Under the pieces are notes generated by a model. It did no database searches, was not told the DNA's origin, and saw nothing but the letters and a program-made list of their open reading frames with translations. This document shows positions 37,535-50,108 of a DNA stretch of 64,000 bases, piece by piece; position 1 is the first letter of the stretch; the number at the start of each line of letters is the position of its first letter. The position numbers and the translations under genes are program-made. The stretch is from the NCBI RefSeq assembly GCF_963506605.1, contig NC_083278.1, forward strand, positions 95,294,001 to 95,358,000. The letters run 5' to 3'. This DNA comes from Zootoca vivipara (taxonomy: Eukaryota).

Positions 37535-40500
37535 ATGGCTGAAGATGAGAAAAAGGTCTTGATTGAATATAACAAGATGAGGGACCCTGGATGCCTGCTG
37601 GAAGGAAAGACCGAAACGGCCTGGCTCAGGCCTCAGAGAAGACATTATCCCTATTCTAACCGCAATTCGGCAGAGATTTTTAAAATAGTGAAGCATGAGT
37701 ACATCAGTGACAGGGCCTCCTGGATAACAATTGCCCCTCCTGAAAACAGGGAAAAGAGGCATTTCCAGGAAAAAAGTAAGCTAATTCGTAATATAGTGTG
37801 ACACACAATATTGCCAATCTCCACAGCAGAGATTACAGGGAGTTCCAGGCACTCTTTAGCCCAGGTTTGTGTTTCCTTTTGGACAATGAGGAACAGCGGA
37901 GACTGAGGTGTCTTTATGATATATGGTTTATCTACATATCTATACAATCTGAGCCTATGATGGAGGGGCATCCAGCATTACAGTCCAATAGGGTTCCGTT
38001 TCTCCCTTGGACTCTTCCTTAGATTCAACTGTCCGCCCACATTGTGCTCTGACTCCCACCTTTCTCCAGCAAACTGTAATTATCTTTCTTCCAGCTTACA
38101 CCATGCCCACTGCAATCCTGAAACTCCCTTCCTGAAACTCTGGTGTTGTCTTTGGCTAGCCATCCAGAACCTGGGATGGAGCACATAGTCTCGGCCCAGT
38201 ATACCTGAAGGAGCGTCTCCACCTCCATTGTTCAGCCCAGACACTGAGGTCTAGCTCCAAGGGCCTTCTGGTGCTTCCCTCACTGCGAGAAGTAGTACCT
38301 CGGTTTATGAACTTAATCTGTTCTGGAAGTCCGTTCTTAAACCAAAACGGCTCTTAAAACAAGGCACACTTTCCCTAATGAGGCCTCCTGCCACCAGTTC
38401 CCTTTCACCGTTTGGATTCCATTCTTAGACTGAGGTAAAGTTTGCAAGGTAAAAGTAAAGGTAAAGGACCCCTGACAGTTAAGGCCAGTTGCGAACGACT
38501 CTGGGGTTGCGGCACTCATCTCGCTTTACTGGCTGAGGGAGCCGACGTTTGTCCACAGACAGTTTTTCTGGGTCATGTGGCCAGCATGACTAAGCTGCTT
38601 CTGGAGAAACCAGAGCAGTGCACGGAAACGCCGTTTACCTTCCCGCCGGAGCAATACCTATTTATCTACTTGCACTTTGACATGCTTTCGAACTGCTAGG
38701 TTGGCAGGAGCTGGGACTGAGCAACGGGAGCTCACCCCATCACAGGGATTCGAACCGCTGACCTTCCGATTGGCAAGCCCTAGGCTCAGTGTAAACCAAA
38801 TCGTTCTTAAACCGGACTGTTCTTAAACTGAGGTACCTGCTGGGAGCTGCCCGGAGTGGCTGGGGAAACTCAGATGGGCAGGGTATAAATATTATTATTA
38901 TTATTATTAGCCTTCTTAATGGCTTTGTTAATGGGTCATTACCCTTCCCTTTCCCCTCTTTCAATGGTCCATCTTGCCAGGAGATTGCTTCATCAGGAAG
39001 ACAGCCTGGCTTATAATATTTTAACATTTGCTGGGTACTGTACAGGGATTAAAAGGTCTGTCACCCACAAAAACATAATAATATATTACATTGCACCTAA
39101 ATGTTGAACTGTAGGAATCTGTAATTCTACCCCTCTCTACACGTCAACTTTGGAGGAGTAATGAGGGACACTTCTGCACAACAGTTTATAATGGATTCGG
39201 TTCTGCGCATGGATGCAGTTTTTCATAGCGTCCGCATGATGACGTCCTTCTCAAAATACCAGCCCATATTTCCCTCCTGTTTTAATCCATATTTACTTTT
39301 TCCACAATTTATTTGTTTTTTACTTATGTTTTCTGCGCTCACAGTAATGCCAGATTAAATGGGGAAATAATAAAGGACAGCATCTTTATGTGATTTATGT
39401 CATGTGCTTTGCAAAAAAATTGTGTGCATGAGTTAGCCCCTTAGTTTGCAATGGGCCTACTGGTCATTCTCTGTCCATCCTGCCTCTTGTGCTCTGAACT
39501 CCCATCTCTTCTGTTTCATTATCCTTTACCCAGCATACCATTTTCTTCTGCCTGTGGAAGCATGAAGCTGCTGAAAAGTATGGCATTATCTTTCTTTCTC
39601 CTGAGGTGCAATTCAGCTGCATTGCTTCCCTATGTTGTGTAGAGCTATGCTTGCCTCACTCCCCCAAAGCGTTGAAAACTTTCAGGGGTACATACAGTGC
39701 TTACCTGGGCTTGGTTTCCTTTGGAAGAAGGGAATAAACAGAATGAATATACAAACAAGGAGGGGGATGATCAAGAAGCGTATTCCTCTGAGGGCATATT
39801 TCCCAAGCCCATCTGCCCACCCCCACTGGCTATTTTTGCTCAATTGTAAAGACTATCAGCTAAGAAACATTCTTGTTTAGAGTCGGTGGGCGTATTTCAT
39901 GGCTGAGCTTTGCTACTGCAAACAGGTACTGGGGAATGAGCGCTGACTCAGCCACCAACTAATTCCTTGTAAAACAAAACAGAAAACTGATGTTGAGTGT
40001 GGGCTGAAGCAGCAGAACAGGTGTTTCATCATCACCACTCAATTTATTTTAGATGCTGCTTGCAAAACAATGAGGAAAAAGGCAGCACTTATTTATTTAG
40101 CTTTTTGCCTTATCTTGCCTGGCCCACAGTTCCGTGCATGATTAACTTTTAAGACTGGGAGAAAGGCCACTGAAGTAGAGTTAAAACAATTTGGTCTGAT
40201 AAATTCTCTCAAGGTTAGAGATACAGTGGTGCCTCGCTAGACGAATTAAATTCGTTCCATGGGTCTTTTCTTATAATGAAAAATTCATCTAGCGAATCCC
40301 ATAGGAATGCATTGAATTTTTTTTGAATTTTTTTTTTGCCCATAGGAACACATTAATTGAATTTCAATGCATTCCTATGGGAAACCGTGATTCGCTAGAT
40401 GGATTTTTCATAAAACGAATTCATCTAGTGAGGCAACCTCCGCTCAAAAAATCCTTTCGTTAAGCGGAAATTTCGTTAAGCAGGTCATTCGTTAAGCGAG

Positions 40501-41336
40501 GCACCACTGTAGATGACTCTTGTCAGTTTTGCTTTCTAATCTTTCGAAACTTACCTTTGGTTCTCCAAATTTCTGCAGCAGCTTCCATGAATGAATAAAT
40601 AAAATTATCCATGAAAATTCAGCAGCAATTTAATGCAATTTTCTCCTAATAAGCACATTTCTGTTTGCAGTTTTTTGCACATTTTTGCAAGCAACTTTCC
40701 CTAACTTTTTGTGTAATTTTTCACTTATATGCATTTTTATACATGTTTTCACCTAATATTTTTTAAAAATCAGTTGGAGAACTAGATCACAACATTTGTA
40801 GAAGTGTGAATTTTGAATCATAGTGGCCAGAGACTACTGGGATAGGGGAGAATGTTGGTTCAGTTTGCATTTTATGAAAAGCAGCTTACCCTGGTTTCCC
40901 AGGTCCTAGCCCAGCACTCTAACCACTGCACCACAATGGCTCTTACCAGTACAGGTTACATCATGCTGGGAACTTCCCACTTCAGACAGTAGCTCTCCAA
41001 CTGTTTGACAGGTTGGGGAAGGTAGAGCTGGCAGGCTGCTCTCCCTCACCTGTTGCTTTATTCCAATTCTTGAACATCTGTAGAGAGCTTGTTGATTTTA
41101 CTCAAAAGTTAGCCAAGATGGTGCCCTGCAGATGTTGTGGACTAAAACTCCCATCATCCCTGATCATTGGCTATGCTGGCTGAGGCTGATGGAGCGTGTA
41201 GTCCACAACATCTAGACAGCACCACATCGGCTACTCTTGCTTTAACCAAATGGTTCTAAGAAAGTCATCGTCTCCTACTGATTCTGTTTTATGCTTCTTT
41301 ACTTTGTATCTTGCAGGCCATGCCATATTTGGATGA
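37535..41336 (+). CDS. SPATA45: Spermatogenesis-associated protein 45, 86 aa, coding exons 37535-37775 and 41317-41336
   Basis: MAEDEKKVLIEYNKMRDPGCLLEGKTETAWLRPQRRHYP...RASWITIAPPENREKRHFQEK-SHAIFG* aligns with human SPATA45 as recalled (EINKKRESNCLVE..LLRVQKRHF..RSSWI..ERKHFPPKNNAIFG); phase-1 intron GTAAG...TTGCAG; AATAAA 41389-41394; expected syntenic position and orientation. Confidence 0.9.
38168..38910. mobile_element. Nested cluster: L2 fragment > Tigger-like MITE (about 38291-38838) > Sauria SINE (about 38447-38797, minus)
   Basis: L2 body and tail flank the MITE ends GTACCTCGGTTT/AAACTGAGGTACC, which flank a reversed Sauria SINE with (GGTAAA)n. Confidence 0.8.
40224..40509. mobile_element. 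Tigger-like MITE
   Basis: TIR CAGTGGTGCCTCGCT/AGCGAGGCACCACTG, TA flanks. Confidence 0.88.
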
Positions 41337-41864
41337 TGTGCTCCTCAAAGGCTGTTTCTCCTGGAGTGCTGGGCATTTCTCAGAAGCGAATAAACAATTA
41401 TAATACTGTCTGTGTTTGAATTAAATTGGTTACCAAAAATTAAATAGTTTTAAAATAAGTTATGTAAAATATGCCAGTACGTTTTTTTCATTTTAAAAAT
41501 TGTATCTATTTCCTTGGTCCAGACTAAGTGAATAAGAAATAAATTTGACACACTTGGCTTGTATCTAATGCACTATTTAAGATAACATTTTGTGTTTGTT
41601 GTTTCAGTAATCAAATAGCTAAAGACAGTTACATAATATTAAAACATGGGGCAACTATAATACTTTATTCTTACAGTACTGCTCTCAAAATTGCAAGAAG
41701 GGAACTGCAGTTCAGCAGAATAACATCTGCTTTGCATACAGAAGGCTCTGGGTTCAATCTCTGCCATCTCCAAGGTGGGCTAGGAAAGACCCCTTCTCAA
41801 AACCCGACAGAGCTGCTGCCAATCACTGTTGACAACCTGAGCTTGATGGACCAAGGGTCTGACT

Positions 41865-42000
41865 CAGGCATAGCCAACCTTCGGCCCTCCAGATGTTTTG
41901 GCCTACAACTCCCATGATCCCTAGCTAACAGCACCAGTGGTCAGGGATGATGGGAATTGTAGTCCAAAACATCTGAAGGGCCGAAGGTTGCCTATGCCCT
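41865..42000. mobile_element. About 135-bp hAT MITE inserted in a SINE
   Basis: Same body as the 24560 copy. Confidence 0.8.
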
Positions 42001-42464
42001 TGATATAAGGCAGCTTCCTCAGCAAAAAAAGTGCCATACCTTAACTAAAATAGGATAGGGCTGCCAAGGACCAGATGACATTACCTTAGAGCAGACATGG
42101 CCCATGAGCTGCTGCTAGACAGATCTGCATGAAAGAAAGCAGAACACATTTTATTCTGCCTTAACTGAGACAGCAAAGCAAAAAATATTTAAAGAAGGGA
42201 ATGAAAATGCAGCTTGGTCCCCAAAGTCAGCAGATGCCACTCTGAATAAAACAGAAGGTGCCTAGATCTGTTATGTAAGAAGATGTTATTTTTCCTATTA
42301 TTGCTTTCCAGAGTAGATCAGCTGTGCACCATGGCACCTTCAAAGGTTTTCACTGGAACACCTGAGCAGGTGCCCAAGACACCGAGCTTTCATTGAGGGA
42401 GGGGAAAGTACATCTCTAGCCTGCCTTGAAAGAAAGCTATGGGCCAAAACATGCAGTTGCCTTC

Positions 42465-43629
42465 TGTCAGGGACTGGCTGGATGAGGAGGAGTGGGAGGA
42501 GTCTCCCACCCAGGAGCTCCCATGCGAGGACAGGGAAGACGAGGACTTAGACCCCATTGTCCGTGGCGGGACATCAGGGAGGAGACTGGGGGAGGGATGA
42601 GCTGGGAGGTGGTAGAAGCAGGAGGTTGGAGCCAGGGTCGGTGCTAGAGTTTTTTGCGCCCTAGGCCTTCTGGCGCCCCGCCCCCCGGGCAATCATATTT
42701 CAAACACAGGGTGCCGGTCCCCCAGGGGTGTCCCAGCGAGTGCAGCGAGCTGGGGAGCTGCATGGCCCCACCGGCGGCCTCCCCCCTCCCTGCACACCAC
42801 ATTCTTACTTAACCTGAATTAATTCTTTTCTGCTTCTCAATTTCCTTTCCAAAGAATTAAGTTTTGTCTGTTTATATGCAAGGATCAGCAGGAACACAAA
42901 GGCCAAAAGGCAGAGAGACCATCTCGTACAGAACAGGACGTCCTCAGATGCAATCACATCTGACAGATTGATGCCTTTAGGATTCCCTCTGTCTACTCGG
43001 GAACAGGCTGCTTTCAGGCTCCAAGAAAACAGCTTTAAGTTAGCACATGGGGAGAGGCTGTCCCCATCCACAATTCACCTCCATTTCTTCCCTTGTGATA
43101 TTCAGAACCAACCAAATTGTTAAAACCTTTTGCGCATCAGAAACAACAAGTCCAGGCTGGCCAGCGCCCCCTCCATGTTGGCGCTCTAGGCAACTGCCTA
43201 GCTTGCCTTAATGGTAGCGCCGGCCCTGGTTGGAGCGATCAAGGGGGGGGGGGACAGGGCTGGAGGCTAAGCATCTCAGTGTGAGCACAGACACAGGGAG
43301 GAATCAGAGGCACCTGCCATCCCGTAGCAGGGCAATCTCAATCCTGCTGCTCTCCTCCTCTCACAACCTGGCTCCAGGAGAGCCCAAACAAAGGGCCAAG
43401 CAGGCCCATCCCCATGTTGCAATCTCTCTGTTGGGGAGGTCTCCAGAGTGAGAGGCTGGAGGGGAAAGGCAGGGCCAGAGGTCCGTTTTCCAGCAATGTC
43501 TCAAGCTGAAGGAGTCGAGCCACAGAGATGCCTCTGTTACTTTCTGTGAATAGAAGTCAGTTGCATTTCAAGCCTCCAGCCTTTTCCTGACCTGTGGAAA
43601 CCCAGCATTTCTCTGTCAGCCTCATGACA
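42465..43629 (+). mobile_element. Probable solo LTR interrupted by a hAT element
   Basis: Begins TGTCAGGG, GA-rich, ends TGACA; TSD not clear. Confidence 0.45.
42633..43228. mobile_element. 596-bp non-autonomous hAT element
   Basis: TIR CAGGGTCGGTGCTA/TAGCGCCGGCCCTG; perfect TSD GTTGGAGC. Confidence 0.88.
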
Positions 43630-44232
43630 CTAACTGGTTTCTGTCAAATGGGAGTGGTTGTCATGTGGCCACTTTGTATATTTTTCCTGGTAGTGAGGAA
43701 TGTTCCCTCCTTATTAAGACAGCAACAACATATGTGCTTGTTTGTGTAAAATCAGTGTTGTGCAATCTCTACAATCAGGACCTAGAGAACTTAGCTGACT
43801 TATGGTGAGCGTAAAGTTGTCTATCTAATTTTGGGTTATGCCCCAGCACTCTCCCAAAATTCAAAATGTGGCCACTGGTCCCAAAAGGTTGCCCCCCCCC
43901 TGTTCTAAACACAGACCAACTCTTACTTCTTTCCCCCCCAGACAGACAACATTGAAATGCCTGGATCAGGGGTGGCCAACTTAATTCCTCCCAGGTGTTG
44001 TGGACAACAACTCCCATCATCCCTGGCCATTAGTTATGCTTGTATTGATGGGAGTTGTCGTTCACAATAGCACCAGATTGGCTAAGGCTGCCCTAGATTA
44101 TTCATTGATGTTACCGTACATTCACTTTAGACCCAGTCAAGCACCAGTGGTTAATTTAGTTTCCTTATAAGCTGCTTTTCCATTGTGCCCAAAGCTGCTC
44201 AGAATAAACACCAAGTAATTATCATGATAAAG

Positions 44233-44313
44233 CATAGCTGCCAAGTTTTCCCTTTTCTCCCTTTTCAGCATAAGGGGAAATCCCTTTAAAAAAGGGATAA
44301 CTTGGCAGCTATG
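44233..44313. mobile_element. 81-bp hAT MITE (CATAGCTGCCAAG family)
   Basis: TIRs; perfect TSD TGATAAAG. Confidence 0.9.
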
Positions 44314-44830
44314 TGATAAAGCAATGTATTTGGAACAGCAATTCATTACACGTTAAGTTAAATATTATGATACTATTATACTTCATTATTATTTACTTAT
44401 TTGATTATATAACACTCAAACAGTAGGCTGCTAAGAGGTTCAAAAGACAACCTAAACTATTTATTAATATAGATAAATATAGATAAAAGCAAACATTAAA
44501 AATAAAAGATAAAGATAAAAGCAAACATTAAAAACAAGTTAGATAACATTTGGTTACATAACAAGTTGTCATACATTTTGACACTTGAGATTATGTTTTT
44601 AGGACACACCTCATTTTCATGGTTGTAAGTTGTTTAAAATTGTTATCATATTGTCTTTTAATGCTGTAACTTACCCTGGGACCTTAGGGTAAAGGGTGGG
44701 TAACAAACAAACTTGTTAAAAAATATTTAAAAAACGAGTAATTGATAAACTATTATATTGATTAAAACCACCTGTTAAAACTGCATGCTAACATTACATG
44801 CCTGGGTAGGCTTTCTGAAATGTAACAGTG

Positions 44831-44925
44831 ATGGCTCAGTTGGTTAGAGCATGGGGTTGATAGCGCCAAGTTTGCAGGTTCGATCCCCGTATGGGACAGC
44901 TGCATATTCCTGCATTGCAGGGGTA
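44831..44925 (+). mobile_element. tRNA-derived SINE head (second copy about 52990-53100)
   Basis: A box TGGCTCAGTTGG, B box GGTTCGATCCC, continues into a CR1-like tail. Confidence 0.7.
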
Positions 44926-47900
44926 CCTAGCAACAATACAGCAAAGGTACTTGCCTAATATCAATGGGCAAGGAGTTCCAAAGAGTGGGCTGAAGGACCA
45001 ATTTCTTGCAAGTGGGGTGCAAACACTTGTAAAAGTGCAAGTTTCACAGACCTAAGTGATCGGATGAGCACCTATGGAGTTAAAATATATGCAATACAAA
45101 AGCAAGATCAAAATTAATAGTAAATAAAATTACATAGCTGGCTCAGCTCACACATATCTAGTGCTGGTCTACTCTAAGCAGCCTGAAGTTGACATAGTTT
45201 GAGATCCTTGACTGGGCAAGGGCAAAATCTTTTCAGCTGGTAGATGGTTTTGCTGGCTTCCTCTTTTTTACTGCAAAGGAACACTGGCAGCAACATGGTA
45301 TCTGTAATAAATGTAAAATTCATTGCACACACACACAGAGAGAGAAGGAGAGATAAAGTATCTCGGCCAAACTGATTCAATTTTGTGCTACTTCTTGTCT
45401 CTGGCCCATTGCAAGCGCAGGCAGGCTTGGTCCAATTTCTACCAAACAAATCTGAGAGCTGCTTAAAATTCAATAAGCTAAGATCACATGGTTAGTATGG
45501 TTACCGGGGTGGGCAGGCCTCAGGTTATTTGGATCTGCTTTGGGGTTGGTTTGTTTTTTCTAGACCTCCAAGATGGACCAGGTGCAGGAGGCATACAGGT
45601 AAAATGAAAGAACTGAGTGGCTCTGAGCACGTTATGAGTTTCCAGTTTCCAGGATTCTTTGAGGGGAAAATGTGTTACAGGACTGCTGTGTTTGAGGCCC
45701 TTTTGCTTAGCCTATGGAGTGGGGCCCTGGATTTCTGCCCTAAAGTGCTGCCCTGACAGTACCATGATTTCATCTCCTGAAAACAAAACACATTTGATCT
45801 GAACTGGGAGGTGTGTGTGGAACCCAGCCACAATGTTGACCTTCGTTGAAACAATGAGGTTCAGAGGTGCCAGCTGTCATTGCTTTTCTTGACAGAAGCC
45901 CCATTGATATCCTGCCAGAAAAGCAATTTGAAGATCAAGTTGCCAGTTAAAGTTCCCTTTGTTTATCTTAAAAGCTGGTCCAACAGAGTAACTTAGGATG
46001 GAGAAAGTTAATTCACACAGAGAGAGATATTTTCCACTGAATAGGTGGTGTCAACGCTAGACGAATGCAAACTGTTATGTGGCTTAAAATGCAGCAATGT
46101 GAGATTTGATTCATATTTTGGAGTGATCATTGGAGACACTTGTGATAGTGCTGTTAATGCTCACCTCAGTTCTCAGAGCAATAAGATGCTCCAGGGGTGT
46201 TGAACTAATTCTGGTTTGGTTTCCTTTGGAAGGAGTCACTGGAAATGTCTTTGGTGTTTAGCAACATTGTATTTATTTACAAAAACAAAGAGGACACTTG
46301 TCCAGGGCTTCTAAACTGGTTTGACCATTTTAACAGTCCCTCTCTTTTGCAGACCCTCCTCTTACAATAAAATTATTGGGCTAGCAGGGATCCTTTGAAG
46401 ACTTTCAGCTCAACCCCAGTCCTAAAACATTGGGCGAAGTTCTAGAAAATTATCTGCTAGAGACTTGATGACAGAGGTGAAGAATCCGTGTTTGTATGAG
46501 AAAAGAATGTTTCCCTAAGTATGGGATGGCTTCAAATTTGAGGAGATGTTGTTTCAGAGGGTTAATTTCATGGCATATCATCTCAACAAATATTTTTTTT
46601 CTTGAAAGACATTAAGGTAAAGAGATGGCATATGTGCCTAGATTAACAGCATGGCAGTTAAGCAAAAAAAAAAAAAATCACAGTAACAAAGAAATCAAAA
46701 CATTCTTCACTTGCAATAGTGATCAAATTATTATCATGCTTCTCAAGCGTAGAACAGCAAGTTCCAGCCAAGGCAAGCAAAACCTTACTAGACCTCAAAG
46801 CCTTAAAAGACCTTTGAAACGGCTATGGTGAAGCTTCTGAAACAGGCAGAAATCCTTATAGCCAATTATTTATGTATTATTTGTCACTCACCACAAGCAA
46901 CAAACCTCTAGAATGTAAAACAAACATTCAGGCATGCAAAATACCAGCAAAATGCAAGCAATTCAAAACAGCACAGGCAGTAAAAAACAATCAAAACACC
47001 TGCATTATCCTATAAATCTAAGGCCCCAATGGAAACGAAAACTAATTGCTATCAGATTGAACAAAGACTAATATTAAATCTGTCAGCATAAGTACATAAC
47101 ATACTTGCATCCAGTCCAGGGCTCAGTTTTTAGTTTCTTAGCCACAGTGTTGCCCTTGTAGGGAGGAAGATGTGAACAAAACTAGAATGAGTTGGCTCTG
47201 CCTGTCATTGGCTCTGGCTCCCCTAAGTGTTGGGTCACCTTGCCCTCTTCCAGTCCCAAATGGCACCAACTACCACTGCCATTTTGTGTGAGGCCACACT
47301 TTCCACACTTTCCACAGCAGCTATATTGTGTTAGGCCTCACCCCCATAACAGCCATTTTGTGGCTGGTGCCCACGGCACTTTCTCAAAATTATATATGTG
47401 CCCACTGCCCCCAAAAGGGGTAGTGATGCATGTTCTCACGTAGTAATTGGAATATTTCTCCCTAATTATTAGAATAAACTTCCCTGAGGAGGAGCTGGAA
47501 AAGCAGGTTACTGTACTTAGAACAATAAAAACTCTTTCTACTTCAGCTTTGGCTATTTGCCAACCCAGTCCTGCTTGTCTCTGCTTTAACATGTCCATTC
47601 TTTCAGCATAGCAGACATCTTTTAGCTTCTTTGACCGCTATGTCCTTCTGGAACTGTGATTGATTTGAAAAACAACCTGGAGGTTATTTGTATTCTAAAG
47701 CGCTGTTAGGGATGCATACACAGGGCACCCAGTTCTGTCTTAGAGAGGAAACAAGCTAGACTTGTTATTCCCCCCTGAGTACCTATAATGGAATATATAT
47801 CTTGATTTCAATCATGCCCATACAGTGGAAAGCAAGTGCATTTTATTAATCATTTATGAAGTGCCTAAAATTTTATAGGCACCAGATGCCAGAAGCCCAC

Positions 47901-48331
47901 ACAAATCCTTCACTGTACTCTTTCTAGTACCCTTAAAACACATTTTTGTTTAACAAAACAAAAGATGGAAAATGTTGATTTATGTTTTAATCTGTTTTTA
48001 GTTTATTGCTGGTTTTCTTAAATATAAAAATGCTTTAAATAGTAGTTTTTAACAGTTTTACCTGATGATTAGGTTGTTTTATTGTCTTTGTAAACTGCTT
48101 TGAGGTTTTGTTTTGTTTTTAAAAAAACATCAAGCGGTGTATAGATTTTATGAAATAAGTATGTAAAGCATGTTGCTCATGCTAATTGAATAGCCAACAA
48201 CATTGCCTTATCTCCCAGCAAACAAATCAGGAGGGGCTGCTCAATAAATGAGTTAACATATATTCTTTTTAAATTTTATTTATTGAATTTATATCCCACC
48301 CTTGCTCCCTAAGGAGCCCAGGGTGGCAGAT

Positions 48332-48368
<37 letters not shown>

Positions 48369-48535
48369 TAGTTGCACATTAATTTTTTACCTCAGACTGC
48401 CTTCTACCATCTGCTCCCATGTTTTATGGCAGATGCCCCACACCGTCTGAGAGCAATCTGTGCTTCAAATCCTTTCCAAACTACCTTAACTTGTTATATT
48501 AATGGAAAGGGCTAATGGCACAGCTACAAACTGAT

Positions 48536-48911
48536 GGGAAAATCAAATGAAAAGATTCCAAGAGCGCTGGCCAGGTAGTAGATTAATTTTTAGAAAGTTT
48601 TAAGTTGAGAATAATAAGACAAATTCCAGTAGCAATCCAGTTTTTAGAAATCCAGGACAAGGCCCTGTTTCGGTTTATTCTTCATCAGCTCTAGTTTCAT
48701 AGTTTCAAGGTCAAAGCGTACCATTCATGTTTTTCTCAACATTAACCTTGAAACTATGAAACTAGAGCTGATGAAGAATAAACCGAAACAGGGCCTTGTC
48801 CTGGATTTCTAAAAACTGGATTGCTACTGGAATTTGTCTTATTATTCTCAACTTAAAACTTTCTAAATATACCTGGTCAGAGCTCTTGGAATCTTTTCAT
48901 TTGATTTCCCC
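48536..48911. repeat. Long inverted repeat: perfect 123-bp arms (48589-48711 and 48745-48867), 33-bp spacer, imperfect outer arms
   Basis: Arms compared base by base and found identical; outer 40 bp or so have 2-3 mismatches and an indel. Confidence 0.95.
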
Positions 48912-49893
48912 AACTCTCCAAGGACTCCAATTTATTTAGTACAGCTTCAGACTGAAGCAAATTACTCCCCAATATCTCTCTCTGTGTGTGCGTGTGTGTG
49001 TGTGTACGCACCTGCGCATACACAGAAACACACATGCTGCTTCCCCCTTTTCTTCCTCCCCACAGGAGAGCAGGGGAGCAGCAAGGAGTTGGCTTCCTTA
49101 CCCCTTTGATCCCACAGCAGCTGCTGAGGTAAATGGAGGTCAGGGAGTTTGCTGGAAGGAATATGAATCTGGCAGCCTTCTCCTCTCCTCACGCCTGGCC
49201 AGCAACAACTCCTGCTTCACCCCAGGTTGCTAGAAAAACGGTCTCTGCTTCCCCATCTTATTTAATTTCAGCGCTGCAAGCAAGAGGACAGTTATCACAG
49301 GAATTTGGCTCTCACACGATTTCCACAACAGGCATGCGGAACTGGTGTTGCAGGACTCCCGTTCCTGGGTTGGACCAAAGATAGGGATAATCTAGCAGTC
49401 ACAACGGGTGACGGTCCATTGCTCAGTAGCAGAGCACATGTGTTGCATGCAGAGGGGCTGGTGTCCGATTTCTGTCTTCTCCAAGGATCAGGACAGCCTC
49501 CTGGGAGAACAGCATGTAGGCCTAGAAAAGGTCAATATCTTTGACTGGACATAACCGTCCTTTACCTTTTACCTAGTCTGATTGGGTATTAAAGCAGCTT
49601 CCTATGATCATCATTTTGGGGTTCCAACTGGATACCTGCATAGCTCCCACATTTTTTAGGAGGGTAGCACTGTGGAAGGGTGTGTCTAAGAGCCACCATT
49701 AAAAAGACGAGGAAAATGCATTATGAGAGCTCAAGGACACATTCCAGCCAGGCAAATGAACAAAGGGAAGACGCAAAACAGGGCCAGTGAGGGGAGTGGC
49801 CTGTAGGGTGTCTGAAAGGCCAGAGAGAGATGCCTTGAGGGCCACATTCTACTCCCAAGCATAAGGAGAGTTTGGATTTGATTTGATATCCCG

Positions 49894-50108
49894 CTTTATC
49901 ACTACCCGAAGGAGTCTCAAAGCGGCTAACAATCTCCTTTTCCCTCCTCGCCCACAACAGACACCCTGTGAGGTGAGTGGGGCTGAGAGACTTCAGAGAA
50001 GTGTGACTAGCCCAAGGTCACCCAGCAGCTGCATGTGGAGGAGCGGAGATGCGAACCCGGTCCCCCAGATTAGGAGTCTACCGCTCTTAACCACTACACC
50101 ACACTGGC
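49894..50108 (-). mobile_element. tRNA-derived SINE (MIR/CORE-like, L2-type tail)
   Basis: Minus strand begins GCCAGTGTGGTGTAGTGGTTAAGAG...GGGTTCGCATCTCC. Confidence 0.75.

Noticed and set aside
44831-44925. Apparent tRNA gene (also 52990 and 59734)
   Set aside because: No complete cloverleaf or acceptor stem; continues into SINE body and tail.
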